A DNA stretch of 64,000 nucleotides from the NCBI RefSeq assembly GCF_964204645.1, contig NC_134026.1, positions 21,238,150-21,302,149 on the forward strand, given 5' to 3'. Source of the DNA: Tubulanus polymorphus (Eukaryota > Animalia > Nemertea). The position numbers and the translations under genes are program-made. Shown piece after piece: positions 1 through 14,794 of this stretch (within the stretch, counting starts at the first letter, position 1; the number at the start of each line of letters is the position of its first letter). Below the pieces are notes generated by a model. The model was not told where the DNA came from. It did not search any database and saw only the letters and a list, made by a program, of their open reading frames with translations.

Positions 1-475
1 TTGATTAAGTGCACCATGTTATGCGTTGCGTATAGCTTTTTATGTTGAAAATGAAATGTTTGTAAAAATCCCTTTGAACAGTGTGTACCGGTACATGGAT
101 GTTGTTCACGTTGAAAAAGAAATGTGTCCGGTATAATTTGAAATCCTGTATACAAATAAACCATCGTCCGGCTGTAAAACATCATTTATAATACAGTATC
201 AAAATTATCGAAGTTTCTTTTGTAAATACCACAGTTACAGTGTGGGTGGTGTAAATAAATATGGATTTCATAAAACATATACACATATTATTTTGTTAGC
301 GAATTAATATCGACGGAAAGAATGAAGGTTTGAAATCTACTCAACACATAATACAATATACAGTAGACTCCACCCTAGTCGGGTCCGATCAACCCTGATA
401 ACTGTTCAACTCGGATGTTTTTTAAAATATTTTTCTGACACTATATATGAAATACATAACATCAGAAATAGATAA

Positions 476-813
476 AGGTAAAAGTGCATAACCGCACCTC
501 TCGTAAATGGTTCAATCAATTACATTAAATATCACTGATTCAGACTCAAGATGTCATCAGCAATTCAGTACACTTCAGTACACAGTAATTACTTCAGACA
601 AATCTTCACTTTAGATTTCCCAATCCAATATGGCGTCCTATTGAAAGATCGTCAAGATTCTTGAAATCTGCTTTCAAAAATCTGCTTTCTAGTAGAGATA
701 TCATAAAATAAAACACTGCATTGGATTCTGTGAGACATTCTGAAGTAAGAACAGTGATTTGTAATTCAGTAGATTGCGTCAGTCACGAGAGGTGCGGATC
801 TGCACTTTTACCT
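476..813. mobile_element. Non-autonomous TIR element (MITE), ~340 bp
   Basis: Ends AGGTAAAAGTGCATAACCGCACCTCTCGT and ACGAGAGGTGCGGATCTGCACTTTTACCT are inverted repeats. Degraded fragments of the right half recur near 13910-13996 and 30533-30660. Confidence 0.7.
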
Positions 814-1885
814 AGATAAACAGTATGATACTCTTGCTGAAAGTCGGGCACATTTTTACGGTCCCGCAATATCCGAATAAAGCGAAGTCTACTGTAATAG
901 GTGTCGAGAAGTTCGGCGTTAATGATCGCTCGTATTTCTTTTCAAAAAGGTGGTGCCGATCTATCGACGAAGATTTAGTGTTGTACTTAGTTGAACCTGT
1001 TCCGATACGAAATCTAATCCGATTAGAGGATTAATCCTCTTGACATCGTGATTTTCCCGGTGTCATACAGATGGGAAGGTTAACTATCAATTTTGTTATA
1101 ATACCACCGATAGTCAGTAGTTGTTTCGTACGGAAGTGTTTTGTGCTTTGGAATGTACTTATGATCTAAGTATGAAAAAAATTCAATTATTCGAGTTGTA
1201 CATCTCATCAAAAATTCTCGAATTCTATTTCTTAATTTATCAGAATACGTTAATTTTTTTCATTTTGTCTATCGTCAGAAAATAACCTTTTTGTCCCCAG
1301 GACACTTCCGTAGTTTCCTGTATCGTTACACGCGTTCCAGGAATTCGTTTAAAAAATATAAGTTTATTTAGCCGATGTTCATAATAGGGCTAAGGACTAT
1401 ACCGATTTGCGGTTTATACACGACACACCGATCTACTTTTTCCAATCAGCATATACATTCAGATTCAGATTTATATATACATACAAGCTGCATCCCGATC
1501 CAAATTACCTAGGGACAACACACGAGACCAACTATTTGAACAGTAGTTAATCAGCTGCAAGTTTCACCTGCCAAACCTAGTAATTACCCGCGCGCGTGGA
1601 TCTGTCGTTTGAATATACTGTATACAATGCCAAGTACAGACCATCCTTGATTTGACCGCCAAACGTTCCCCAGTGTGATCCGAATGAGTTTCAACTCTCT
1701 GAAATCGGTCGTGACTTGAAACGTAATTTACTACAAGTCTTGAAACTGGTTGTGATGATAATTAGCCTGGAGAGTTATGATAACAACAACATATAGTATA
1801 TATTGCTAAACTAGAAAGATTTGATTGGAATAATTGGTGAAAACCTAATCCATTACGACCTTTGCTATATGCCTAAATACATATA

Positions 1886-2061
1886 CAGTCAAATCCACTT
1901 AATCCGGATCGGCTTAATCCGGATTTTGGTCTAATCCGGACAATATTTTCAGTCCATGTGTTGATTATACGGTACAAGAAAATGACTTTTTAATCCGGAT
2001 TTCGCGTAAACGGGATGAATTCTGTTGGTTCCAAATGATCCGAATTAAGCGGATTCTACTG
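1886..2061. mobile_element. Tc1/mariner (pogo/Tigger-like) MITE
   Basis: TA|CAGTCAAATCCACTTAAT ... ATTAAGCGGATTCTACTG|TA: CAGT termini, TA flanks, internal TAATCCGG repeats. Confidence 0.75.
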
Positions 2062-2075
2062 TATATATCGGTGTA

Positions 2076-2271
2076 CAGTAAACCTCACCTTACTATAAAG
2101 GACTATTACATGGACAGGCCAAACTAGCACCTGCGACTAACTCGGACAAAAAATAGATCAGTTACGTGATTTCCTTTCTTAATTTTTCTTACCTTAATTC
2201 GGACGTCCCTTCCTTACCTCAGACCGATTTAGCCGGCCCAGTTAGTCCGAATTAGGCGAGGAGGTTTACTG
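2076..2271. mobile_element. Tc1/mariner (pogo/Tigger-like) MITE, adjacent related copy
   Basis: TA|CAGTAAACCTC ... GAGGTTTACTG|TA. Confidence 0.75.
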
Positions 2272-2905
2272 TATTAGCGATGACCTCCAACAACATCTTG
2301 AATACACCTACCTAATCTTAGAATTTCGGAAGTGGTATCATTTCGACTGTCATCATACTGATGGGGAAATCATCTTAATATCATCGCATAGCACACGATA
2401 CGAATAGCCTTTTGGTTCAGCTGTCGTTAAAAATGGATCAACGTGGGATGCAGCTCCGATTTTCAAGGCTCATGTGACTGTCCGAACATCGGAATCGAAA
2501 CAATGAACTGGTTTCATTTTCCTGCCTGTCCAAAAGTGATTTCGCAATATCAGAGTATCCAATTTTCTGATCACACCAAAGGAAATGGTCAAGACGCGCT
2601 ACGCCTTAAATACCACTAACAAAACGTTCCGATTCATTTTTATATTCATAAATGTTTTTTTTTTATTCATTAGAAATAATCTCTCAACATCGACAGTAAT
2701 ATTCAGTGTACAGCTGTGAAGAAAGCAAAAGTCAAATGACCGAGAATTCTTCGAAAAAAAACTACAAGAACAATTTCCACATGGGCGCTACGCGATCGAT
2801 TTGGCACTAATATTACACAGTCGATAATATATCTTCAGTTCCACGGAAGTCTATTGAGTCTTCACTCGAGTCTACAGCTACAACCCAGTCCGCCGCATTA
2901 GACGA

Positions 2906-5900
2906 TCAATTGGCCAGCAGTCTTCGTTTGCGTTCTTGTTCCATTCGTTTAGCTCTGTGCCAGATTTCAGGTTTCAACGTCGTTTCTCCGTGACTCAATG
3001 AAAGTAACCTGAAACGTTACGGCAAAAAACCCACACATAATTACATAATACAAAAGGGTCGCCGCTTTCATCCATCGCCTAATAGCTCGGCGTCGATTAT
3101 AGCCGGCCCTGGGAAATGTCGGGTTCACAAATGAAATTGTGCGCCGTTAGTGCATGTAAAAAGATCATGTCTAGTCGACAATTTGTGGTAATCCACGCCA
3201 AATAAACCATCGCCAAATTAGCCCTATATATGTAAATATACATATACATATACATTCACCAAAATCTAATTAATCGATGACATGATCGTGTTCTTATTTG
3301 CTCCGTCGAATTTCCAGGATTGGAAGAGCCAGGTCGTTTAACTGGTAGCCATTAATAACTAATATCGCCTACATAGTTTAAAAGTGTTCAGATAAAATCG
3401 ACTACGGATGATATAATGGTTAACCCACAAATCCATCACAACGCAGAATCGGATGATTAATTTACAGCGAGCGGGAACTTTTTAGCTAAAAGAGACTATC
3501 CGAATTACTGGGAATTGACACCTACGCGTACAAGTGCTAATGGCCTACATCGGTACCTCCCCATAGCGAACTCGAATTTACTAAAATGCATACAATACCA
3601 ACAGAAAAGGGCACGTCTTTTTTCCAGCGGAAAATGCCACCAAAAACAAAATACAGCGCGAAATCTCGTTACAGCGAACTTCACGGGACCAGAAAATCCG
3701 CTCGTTTTAACCGAAAGGTTGTCACATCCAGTATGAAATTAATCGAATGTCTTACTTGGGACAAAAGTCAGTATCTGTTATACTCGAAGAATATTGTACC
3801 AGAGTTCGTTATAACGAGGTTCCGCTGTATTTATTCTTTATTTCTTAACCGATAATCGTAAAAGATGAGCTTTTTAGGATAAATATATGTACACCGGGAC
3901 CCAGTTCCACAGGTCTGAGTTAAAATTTAACTCCGAGTTAACTAATTGAAAATGAACTAATTTTAACTCAGAGTTAACTCTAACTCACAACTGTGGAACT
4001 GGGTCCTGTATATTACTTCTGAATCTAGTCTGACTATTTATTAAGTGGGTGGAAAATAATCTGTGATTGAAGACCCCGATATTTCGACCATAGTATGTAG
4101 TACCTTAAGTACCATCTGGATCGGCCCCCAGCGATCTTAAACCATAATCAAATGTGACCTGGCTGAGCAAATATTCAGCTATTTGGTCACATATGTGGTT
4201 TCAGACAAGCATTAACTTTAACGCATTTGTGACCAAAACAGAACAAAAAGGATTACCCCTCCTAAAATCGATTTACTATAAAACCCTAATTGAATTAATG
4301 ATAAAAATTTGAAGTTATCAAAAGGTCGCAAAGTTCTTTCCACTGAATAAGTCAAACTCGCTGCTGATTATCCGGAAGAGAATGCTTCCAACGCTCATAA
4401 ACACATAATCATCCGCTAAGTGATTTGATGCATTAGTTACAAGTTAATGTCGTAGTTTGCGATGAAATCAACGGTTAGACGATTTTCACTAAGTCACTAT
4501 TTTCTGTAACGAACGGGCAATAACGGACATATTGGATAAATCTCGATAATACGGACAAAATACCGACCTCGTTAAAACTAACAAAGAGTGGAAATCGTCG
4601 ATGCTCATACTTTTCGCGTCTTCCTTGCGAGTTTCGACAAAATCATCTTCGATTGACTGAAAACAACAGAACAAACGGATACATATAACAGCGAGGAATA
4701 TTCCGACTTGACTTGACCATAAGGCCCTTTTTTAACTACTTGAAGTACGGATCCGCCTCCCACAGTACCATAAAAATCACCAAATCTAAAGAAATATATA
4801 TATTCTTTTTGTAGTCCTCCATGTTTTCATCACAATTTTTCAATCAAAAAGAAAAAAATTTTTTTTGTTTAATACACGTATTCATCTTAATTTTCAATGT
4901 CGTGATTTGCAAAAAAGTTTTTTTCATTTCCCCTATCATTTGAATCAAATTCATCGCAATTTCCACTCCTACTTTAATTTTTCTGCAGCCAAATACTCGA
5001 TTAAGAATTTATATTCTTATTTTTTCCATTCACCCTACCTAAATCTATACTGCAAGTAATTAAGGCCTAAATCTAAAGCATACAACGGGGTGCAGAATTT
5101 CTACGTTACCTTTTGAGTATCTGCTGTCATCTTATATTCTACTATTTTCAGTATGCTGACGTACATCCGCAACTTTTGCAATAGGGCGGGCGTCAAATAA
5201 TTATTGATTGCCGAATATTTCGGCCAAATGTCATCCAACACACCCTCCGGCTGCCATCGTACTTGATAATCGCTCTGAAATGTTATTTCATACCCATTAT
5301 ACAGAAACTTTAATACCGGTTGTCATGATTTCATAAATGCTATACATCTGAAATGGCATAATTATCACTTGAAACATCTATTAGGATTAATAAGGTTTCA
5401 TGTTTCAAATATTACGGGTATCCGGTAATCTTTGCGTTAATCAAAATCATTCAATCAGTGACAGGTCGCAAATGATAACAGTCATGCTCTCAGCTCGAAC
5501 AGCTAGTACAACAACTAACTTAAGGAAAAGTTATATCGTATTATCTTGTAACACAAGCTAATGAATGGTTCATCATTGTAAACGGTCCCGAGGAGATAAG
5601 CTATCTATCACATAAGCAAAGGAGCAAATTTCTAGCTGGGGGGACATGAAATTCAAGGAAGATAAATACTTATATAATACCTCTCAAGAGTAGAACCCAC
5701 TTAATGCAGATCAATCGGGACCAGTGTAATTAATCTGGTTATAAGAAATCCAGATTAAACATTCTATTTTACATACATTAACGTATGGGGGGACCGGAAA
5801 TTGTATAAAATCTAGATTAAGGGATTGATTGTATAATACAACTAAAAGTGTAAACATTTTTACTTCTGAGAAATAAAAGACATTATAAGTCATAAGTCCA

Positions 5901-8900
5901 TCTCTAAACAAAGATACGATTTAGACGGCGTTTACTGCGTCATCGAAAACTAACACATACTGGTAGTAGAGATTTGCCTTCAGAAAACACCAGCACTTGA
6001 ATATTCGTCGGAAATTCCTGGGTATGGAAGTTGAAATCGTATTCGGCTTTCTGCCACGTTACAACATTGCCGAGCGCCGTTATATTCTTGACACCTACGA
6101 ACAGAATATTACATACAAGCGCGAGGGAATACACATTCCGGCGCTTTACAGTCTCATCATAACAGATCATGCAACGAAGCTCTGAAATTTATCAGCTGTT
6201 AATCCCACGACGGTGCCATAACACTAAATTGGTGCCAAGTGAGTTATAAATATTCAATGACGTATCGAGACTTTGATATGCACCATTCAGTTCGACAAAC
6301 TCGGTCAATGGTGGCAGATGAAAAAAAACGACAGGAGTATTCAGTACATCTTACTATCTACGTTATCAAAAAAAGTGCTGTGTACTGATTCCCAATTGCA
6401 TTCGATCCACTTCCTAATGGAAATGAAGTTATCAGAGTTGGCGAGATCGCTTTTTAAGCGCAGCAATAAAAACAGACCATTAACTCTCACCAGTCGCGTC
6501 TAATTGACCTTGCTTCAAAAGGGTTTCGTCCACAACTAGATGCGTGCGTTCTGATAATTGGAGGATACCACTTATGAGACGGTTGGCTGTGTAATCTTTC
6601 CTGGGTACGAATGATTTTTTATTCATGAATTCAAGTGTCATCGGGAGCATGTACGTCTGCAAAACAGTTGCGAAAGAAAACTTGTAACATTCGACTTCTT
6701 ATCCTCTTTCCGAGCAAGTAAAACCACACTTGGTTAGAAAATATCCGCACATAAGTTTGCATTAAGTATTTCTGATTTCTCGGTCTATTACTTCGTACAC
6801 ATACTTTAGTCACTAGTTCTTGCAGCAGTTCGTAAAAGTATTTAGGCAGTTGACTGTTTTGCGAAATTCCGCTGAGATTCAAACAACATTTTCCAAGAGC
6901 GACGACATCGCGACGAGCATACCTAGTGAAAATACGACAACGAGCAAAACAATGTACGTACATACACAGCAGCCTTATAAAAAACAGAGGGCAGTCCATT
7001 TGGAATTGATAGAATATCATTCAGAATTTAAAATCCTTCATATTCTTACCAACTTAGCTGAGTTTGGAACTGATAATATTCTACCCTGATACCGAAATAC
7101 CGAGTTAGAATTTGAGAATCTGCACCATATGGTATAATATTACAATTTTCAAGAGTCAAGTGGCAAACCAACTATAAAGTTGATCTATTCTGCTGTTTAC
7201 ATAAGCAGTTGCGATATAAGTGGACAGTTAGCAATGTCTGGGTTGAATCAAAACCCAGATTAATAATGATAAACAATAGAATATTTATTTCTTATATACT
7301 GCACTCTGTATACATTTGAGCACGGTTTACAAGTATACAGGGCTATAAAATTTTCAAACTAAAACAGTCAACTAAAATATTGCCTAGAGAGGAATGTTTT
7401 TCTCAGTTCTAAAAGTAACTACATCAACACAGGATCTAATTCTAAAACAATAGGTAAAGCATTCCATAAGATTTGAGCTGCTAAAGCAAAGGTACGGTGA
7501 CAATAAATTTGAGTATTAAATGAGACAGAATTTAGTAAAATTGAATTAATAGAGAATCTCTTAGGATTCAAGTTTATGTACTGCATGTAACCAGTGATCG
7601 TAGCGAGTTTGAAGAATCTAAAAACGATGAGTGAGTGTATCGACAGAAATACATACACGGATGATATCAAATGACAAAGTAAATATTCAGCAGCGAGACT
7701 GTCGCCGAAAAGTGCTTGAGTCAAAATTGAAATCAATTCCTCGCGAACATGGCTGCAATCTTTCAAAAACGTATTTACAACTGAAACAAACAAACATTGA
7801 AAATTAGAATACACGAACACTTGTACAGAGAACGTTTCATGCTTAACTAGGGGTTCAAGTACACTTGTGAAATGGAACATATGTAGAAACCAAAAACTTT
7901 GGAACTTGCCACAATGAAACAATAAAATTTTGAATTTCTTCAAGAGTGCTATAATTGATCAATTCACGTCTGTATGTCTGTGTGTGCATGATATATGAGT
8001 ACAATGGGTACGTGCAGATTATTTTCTACTTGTATTAATATATTTTATGTAATAATGACATTAACATCTTAACGAAAATAAATATCTATCTATCGTAAAC
8101 CGAACAATCACTGAACTCAAAACAGGGGGGGGGTACTTTCCGCCAATTCACAAATTATCTGAGTTTTTCATGTAACACCAGATAATTCCCTGAGCAAATC
8201 AGAGGAATTTCTTGGTTTAAAATGTTGAAATTTATTAATTCTTAAAAACCACGTAGTGATAAAGAAATGCATGGTCAATAACACATCCAAATTTGTTGAC
8301 ATATCCAGGTTTTTTTTTATAAATTTGAAAGTCTGAAAAGTTTCCAACTCCTGAAGATGACTATTAGGTTAAATTCGAAATGCCAAATCAATAAATTATT
8401 AGCTTAGAGGAAACTTTTCAGACTTTATCTTTCTCGTTATATCAGTGTGGGATTCTCTATTCATCATCGCAACACTGAGATAAGTTTTTCATCAATGGTT
8501 ACTTACAATCTGTACTTGACTCCGCAGAAATATCCAAGGGAAGTTCTGGGTTAATGTGGTGCAGTTTGACAGCTTTTATCACATGCAAACGCGGAACTAG
8601 CGAGGGAGGCGGACATCTTACATTCAGTTCTTCAATACCTTCCATTTCTTCCGTAGTTGGATTCACTAACGACGACTGAAGATCGTCCCTGCAGTAAACG
8701 ACGGGTAACATTAATTCACTTAAAAGCTTTTAATCATTTCATAAAGTGACAATGACTGTCGAGATCAATTCAATATCTACTGAAGGCATTTTAATTGTCA
8801 ATCCATAGAGAATAGTATACTTGGAACTGACAAAATATCTACCAATATCAATGATTTGTATTTGAATGGCATGAAAACAGGATACTGAAATTGAAACATC

Positions 8901-11900
8901 TCTGAAAAGTGACTAATCGAAACTTCTCAAAAGGGAAACACGACCAATGATGGTATTATAGCTCATATATGAAACATGTTTATCAGATGGATGTGCAATA
9001 AAGCCTCCCTCAGGAAAAACCTATCTATAGTGAACCCCTCCCTTAATGAACACCCTTTGCACGATCCCAAAATTTTCCTATCTTATATACATACCGGTAC
9101 ATCAGTACCTTCCTATAGTGAACACGTCCAATACGGAACACCTTTTTCATTTCATTTTTTCTTCTAATTAACTTGGAAAAGGGCGGGTTATAAATTGAAA
9201 TTAACAGATTCTAGGTAAAAGCTTTTAGTATTGTTTTGTACTTACCCTTTTTCATCGGGAAATGATGCCATCGCCGGATCGACTGAAAGTACCCCAACGA
9301 ATTCCACCATATCGTTCAACTTGAATTCATCGTACTTCTCATAAACCTGTATGAAAATATGGCTTTATAAAATCCCATATTTCACTGTGAACATATTCGT
9401 TACGGTGATCTTCTGGATCACAAACAAGATATCTACTGTTGTAGAATCGCGCATACGCATCGGGTAGTAAAAATTTGACCGAAGAGCAATGAGAATTGAG
9501 AGTTCATTTCCAAAATGGGACTATAATCAAGAAAATTCTGACTTTTAACAGCTTTTATGATCAATAGATACGAGCCAGGTTCACACGAGTATCTAGCCTT
9601 AGAAAGTAGCGTAACTTTGCGGCGCTTAATTGACTGGAATACCACATTTGTGTTCACATGTGATCCAGTGCTTAGTAAGCCTGTTTTAGTTAGTTCTTGG
9701 AGTAATTACTCCAAGGTTAGTTAAGCCCAGAGAGGTGGGTCTCTGGTTAGTCAATCAGTACGCCGATGTCGGGAGTGTTTTCACAATGGCGTTGTGTTTT
9801 CAATTTATTTTCACCAGCTCTGCTGTTGTTTCGAACAGTATTTTAATTCGCCTATTGTACTAAATTAAGTTACAAACGTGATAAGAAACCTTGCAAACGA
9901 TAGCAACATGCGCGACTCGTTGTGTAATGTTGACAGCGAAATGTTTTACTAAGCAACTTAAACTGCCCGTATTTTGGTGGCTTCCTATGTTTAGAAAACA
10001 AGAAGTCCTTGAATATTCAACCGTGAGACACTAAGTACGGTATATGAAATCCTCGCCTGAACACAACAAGATGGCAAAAAGAGGTACCGGTACCAGTATC
10101 TTCGAGTTACCTTGACTAAACAAGCAGGTCCCGTCTCATCAGGCAGTGGAAAATTAAGGTTGGGATATGTCCGACTTGGGTCCGGCTCTGAAATCATTGA
10201 ATCATGTGTTAGATACCGTAGTGTCCGATTTGCCAGTTCAAGTTAATCACTTGATTAGCCAGTTCACTTCACTTCAGTCAAATTCCAAAATCCACAACAA
10301 TTTGTAGAATTACTGGTACAGGGTGGCCACTTTTATTGGACTTTTCACAGTCAAATATGCAAGACTTAGACAGAATCTCAACATATTTCCCTAACTTTTC
10401 CCAGGTTTTTAGCTTTTTTTTCAAGAAATTTCCCTGACCTTTTTAAGGAAAAGAAAATCCCCCAACTTTTTCCTGATTTCCAGGTAAGTGGCCACACCCT
10501 GTGGTAGCTCTGAAGAAATGTTCACCTGACTGTAGTTGACTTTCGCCTTTCATCTTCAGTGATTTTGTGTCTTTTTGTTGCAACGATTCCGTTTCCATTC
10601 CTTCCTCTTGACTACTACCGTCCAGCGTACTACACGACGAAGAATACACCGAATCTGGACTGCCGCATTCTTCGATTGACAAACTTCGTTTTTGTCGAGA
10701 CGCCGAACCGGATGTTGAAGGGACGGGCAAATGATGATCTTGACTTTTTGAGTGAGCTTATTTTCGACTTAAGAATCATGACAAGACTTCACTTAGTTCG
10801 CAAATAGTTGACTAACTCCAATAACTGAAGTTCACCTAGTTCTTTTTTTTGTGACCAAGAGTAACTCGACGTTGAAATTCAATAATTCGGTTCAGAATCA
10901 AATCCTAACCTAGAACTATGGTACTAATTTTAGTGATATGTTATCGTAAAACATCAGGGAAAGATTTTAAAATATTTTTATAATCAACCCAATGAATTTC
11001 ATCAAAGAGATGGAGTGATCCAGATAAGTTCATTTCTACCATATACATATAATCTAGATTTTCCTAATGCAAGATTCTGCCAAACTGCCGGTAACAGGAA
11101 GAAATGCACCATGCAGAGAAATAGGATGCTTATGTATTAACATGTTATAAATACATATTGAAGATCATCTTCCTCAGATTTTAAGCAAAATCAAGGGGCG
11201 GATCCAGAGGCCAATTTTGAAGGACATCCAAAAAGGGTACTTTATATCCGAAAAGGCATTCTGTGTACTCCCGCACTGAGAGGCCAGTTCAAAAGAGCGT
11301 CACATCCCAAAACATTATCAGGAGTACTAACGCACTGAATTATCTTAGTGCCAATTATCTTTGTTGACAAAACAGAAAATGGCACTCGCAAGTCTCACGA
11401 ACCCCCCTGGATCAGTCCCTGAAATCATTCATCGAAATAAACAATCCACGAACTTTAAATTAGTTGAAAGGATATTTCTTTCGTCCATTTAGTTTCACCG
11501 GGAATAGGAACGCAGTAAAACGTTTGTCTATCGGATGTTTTGTTATTCGCGCTGTCTACGTCGATGTCTTGGCCAACCTGTGTAAAGAAGAATAATGTGA
11601 AAATTGGTATCAGCCAGTGATTAACTTCAGAAAGAGGCACTATTTGATGACTCCATTCGAGTCATCAGATCCATTTGATGGTATCAGGACAATTGCAAAG
11701 TAACACATATTTAATATCAAAGTAACACATATTTACTTCTAACTAATTTGACAAAGCAAACTAACTCTAGCTAATTAGTACAGCTAATTACTCATTACTG
11801 ATTTAAAGTTTTTGATTGGCTAAAGTAACACTAAAACTAATTCCAATAAATTAGCCAACGTTAACTAATGCACTAATAAGTGGACTAATTAAGTTTCCTT

Positions 11901-14650
11901 TAATTTGGTAAGTGAATTATTATAACTCAAGGACTGATTTAAAGTTTTTGATCAGCACACAACATCAGTAATTCTATTTCTTATGAATCTACATAAATCT
12001 ATATCTATATTCAATAATATACAAATGAATTTCTAAGTAAAGTATTAAGGCGGTGTTCAACCCAATCAAAAAGGATTTTATTTTGGGGGTGGGCAATTGT
12101 CCGGGGGCAATTGTTCTAGAATCCATTTGACCAAAAACATCTTTTCAACTTCGGCGATATCCGATTTGGATTGTGTATACATGTATATGTACTTTCATTT
12201 ATTATAGACAATACAAATTATATCAAGAAATACGCGAGTTGAACTGATGCAAGTTCATCAGAAGTCTACTTCGATTTATGTAACCTGACACATGTCTATC
12301 GCACTAGGCCCCTAATTTCTTTACTACTCTCATTTCAATTATCACATAAGTATTTCGTTGTTATTCCTATTTTTTCTCTGCTGTTCCTCTTAGTATTACA
12401 GAACTCGGCAATCTCGATTCTTTTGTTATTCCATATCTTAATGAAAATATTTGAGTGTTTAAGCGAGCCATTTTCAAACAAGCAACAACTTTTTCCCCGG
12501 CATCCCGGTCACAGTATCAGCCTGTTATGATACGTAGCCTACTAGATAAAATATAAAATGTAATCCATCTAGGAATACAAACCTAATACAAATACTAGAA
12601 TACTAGTAGAAGTAGCTCACCGATATTTGAATAGAATGCTAAATTCTGTATTTTGCTTACTGGTAATCAGTGTACGTTATTGGTGTCTAAATGGTTTATG
12701 ATTTTTTCTCAAGATATCTATTGATATGCTAAAATATGTTATCTTGGTTAAATAAAAGATGTTCTCCTATTACTATCATTATACTATGACTCACCTGACA
12801 TTCAGCAACATCTTTGTAACGTCCACAGCGTAAAAACGTCGAGCCGCTCGATCTATCCGTAACTTGATACGCTTCGAGATAAAACTCCGGATCAAACATA
12901 TCCTGAATCATACACCGCATCTTCACTACGCTGTTAGCTTTCAGTTCGTGAAGCGGAGTAACATTTAAAGAAGGAATCTATAAGATATGAAAAGGAAAAA
13001 AACCCACATTACATTTTGATTATTTTCTGAGATGAATGACACAAGAACGCTAGGTCTTCAGAGGGGACCATAACCTGAATTACCAGACATTTAATCATTC
13101 AATAACCGCACGTTTAGCCTAGACAAGTTCGGACTCCTAAAAAGTCGTAACAGCGGCATAAATCCCGAAATGATGCCCGTGTCTCACCTAATGGAGGCAT
13201 ACAATACACAGGAAGGAGGCAACACATTGAATTGTTGAATAATATGAATTATCTAAGATAGATCGAAATGATGGCTGATTGAATTATTGACAGCCACAGG
13301 GTATACCAAAACCTTCTATCTCAAGGAAAACAAGGATAATCATGCGTTGAGTTTTTATCCGAAGATTTATAGGCCTACAGTTTTCAATACGGAATCTTCC
13401 AGGGCTGCCTTTACCTAAAATCAAAACATTATACTGGTGGTGCCAAAGCACCACTGAAAAGTAACTGTCCTTACTCAAAAGAAAAGCCAAAGGGCCCAAT
13501 TTCAATTTGAACCCAGAGGTTAACTTAACCGAAAGCCTAGTTGAGTTAATGCCTGGGTTGAATTTAAACTGGTCTGAGAGCTCACATAAGAGGTTGGTTT
13601 GGACTTTTTATTAAAACGATTTTTGACAAATAATTTCGAAAACTTACACTGGCAGTCAAGCCTTTTTCCTCGAGGCGTCCATTGAAAAAACTGAGAACGT
13701 TCTCTTTGTAAAGATTGCAGCCGTGTTCATCTGTAACAGAAATGTGTAGTTATAAGTTCAACAATTCAACGATGTTCGGATGAATTATGCGCCAAAAATC
13801 TACTTTCAAAGTAGATTTTTGGAGCATAATTCATCCTAAGTCTTTCTAGTGAGAATATCATAATATCATTATCAATTTGACGGATCTTTTGAAGGCTTAT
13901 CAGCCTATATTTACGAAGTCTGAAACAGTGATTTGTAAATCAATAGGCCTAGATCATGTCAATCATGAGAAAGGAGTGGATCTGCAATTTTCTAACATTT
14001 ATCTACCGCCAGCACAACATAGACTTCTGTCACGATTATGGGAACAATGATCAGGGGACATGGTACCAATATCCCTGTTCACCAAGAACCTTAGTGTCTG
14101 ATGTACCACAGTGTTGGTTACACTTACTAGGTTACACTAGGATCGTAGAGCAACGGAGATCACTGTGGAGACAACCACTGCCAGGGCCTGGTTTCACAAA
14201 ACGGTTTAACTCCTAAATCGGTTTAATATCTTTGTTAATTCAGTTTACTTTAAATCAATTCAGGCCTTAATCCCATTTGTGAAATTGGGCCCAGGACTGG
14301 GTGAATAACCCTGCAACTGCATAGTGCATGATAGGAAAATGCTTTTTCTTATCATGCAGAGATATCGGGGTTGGTTGGTCATCGATAGTGGTCCCTGGGC
14401 TGTCTGTGACATTTGATTTTGAATGAAGGCAAAAGCAAGGGGCAAGGATGAGCGAACCCCAGCAAGAAGGAAGAGGAACTGTGTCACTGTCATTTGTCAC
14501 TGACTGACTCTGACTGACGACAGAAAACACTGACTGTGTCGTGTGGAGTCTGTGTGACTTGTGTGGATCAGAGATGGAGTTCCTTCACTTACCAAACAGT
14601 TTTTGTATACATTTCAGGGGTTCGTTTACCCAGTTTTCAATAGCAGGCAT
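2906..14650 (-). CDS. MCMBP: Mini-chromosome maintenance complex-binding protein (~636-638 aa, 15 coding exons)
   Basis: Exons in transcript order: 14593-14650, 13648-13730, 12795-12977, 11476-11577, 10526-10751 (or -10757), 10111-10187, 9246-9346, 8507-8688, 7657-7780, 6805-6922, 6491-6656, 5961-6094, 5110-5274, 4568-4656, 2906-3008. Phases join into one open frame. Family motifs: [84 protein letters not shown]. Confidence 0.95.
3654..3827. mobile_element. Tc1/mariner-type MITE in last MCMBP intron
   Basis: TA|CAGCG..AAATCTCGTTACAGCGAAC ... GTTCGTTATAACGAGGTTCCGCTG|TA. Confidence 0.65.
3897..4006. mobile_element. Short palindromic MITE (GGRCCCAGTT.CAC family)
   Basis: GGACCCAGTTCCACAG ... 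CTGTGGAACTGGGTCC. Related copies at ~13492-13575, 14183-14292, 22960-23057 and 31509-31648. Confidence 0.65.
7280..7600 (-). mobile_element. 3' fragment of an L2/CR1-clade LINE
   Basis: Minus-strand translation [18 protein letters not shown] matches the G-x-R-x-F-x-x-A-A-P-x-L-W-N-x-L-P C-terminus of L2/CR1 ORF2. It is followed by a GCAGTATATAAGAAATAAA-type 3' end. Confidence 0.6.
10319..10501. mobile_element. CAGGGTGGCCAC-terminated MITE with 5-bp TSD (TGGTA)
   Basis: TGGTA|CAGGGTGGCCAC ... GTGGCCACACCCTG|TGGTA. Second family member at 22013-22293. Confidence 0.7.
10752..11475 (-). other. U12-type (minor spliceosome) intron with AT donor in MCMBP
   Basis: Donor GAA|ATATCCTTTC at 11475 (minus strand). 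Branch-like TTCTTAAG at 10768-10775. No in-frame AG; in-frame acceptors are AC (10752) or AA (10758). Confidence 0.85.
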
Positions 14651-14794
14651 CGCGACAGATTTCACCAATGGTATCAATTGACTCCAAAAATTAATCAATT
14701 AGGCCTAGGCTTTTTTCACTTCTGTGTTTCGAGCGTCGCGGGTAGAAAATGCGGATCGGACTACGCCACGAACTAATGGTACCCGGAAGTGATT
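14651..14794. promoter_or_regulatory. Left part of the MCMBP/B3GLCT bidirectional promoter with ETS (GABP/ELK-type) site
   Basis: Head-to-head genes. CCGGAAGTG at 14783-14791 in CpG-containing sequence just upstream of the MCMBP ATG. Confidence 0.55.

Noticed and set aside
825-1034. Short ORF, and similar 60-90 aa ORFs in introns and intergenic DNA
   Set aside because: No motifs or consistent splice signals; many begin at non-ATG codons.
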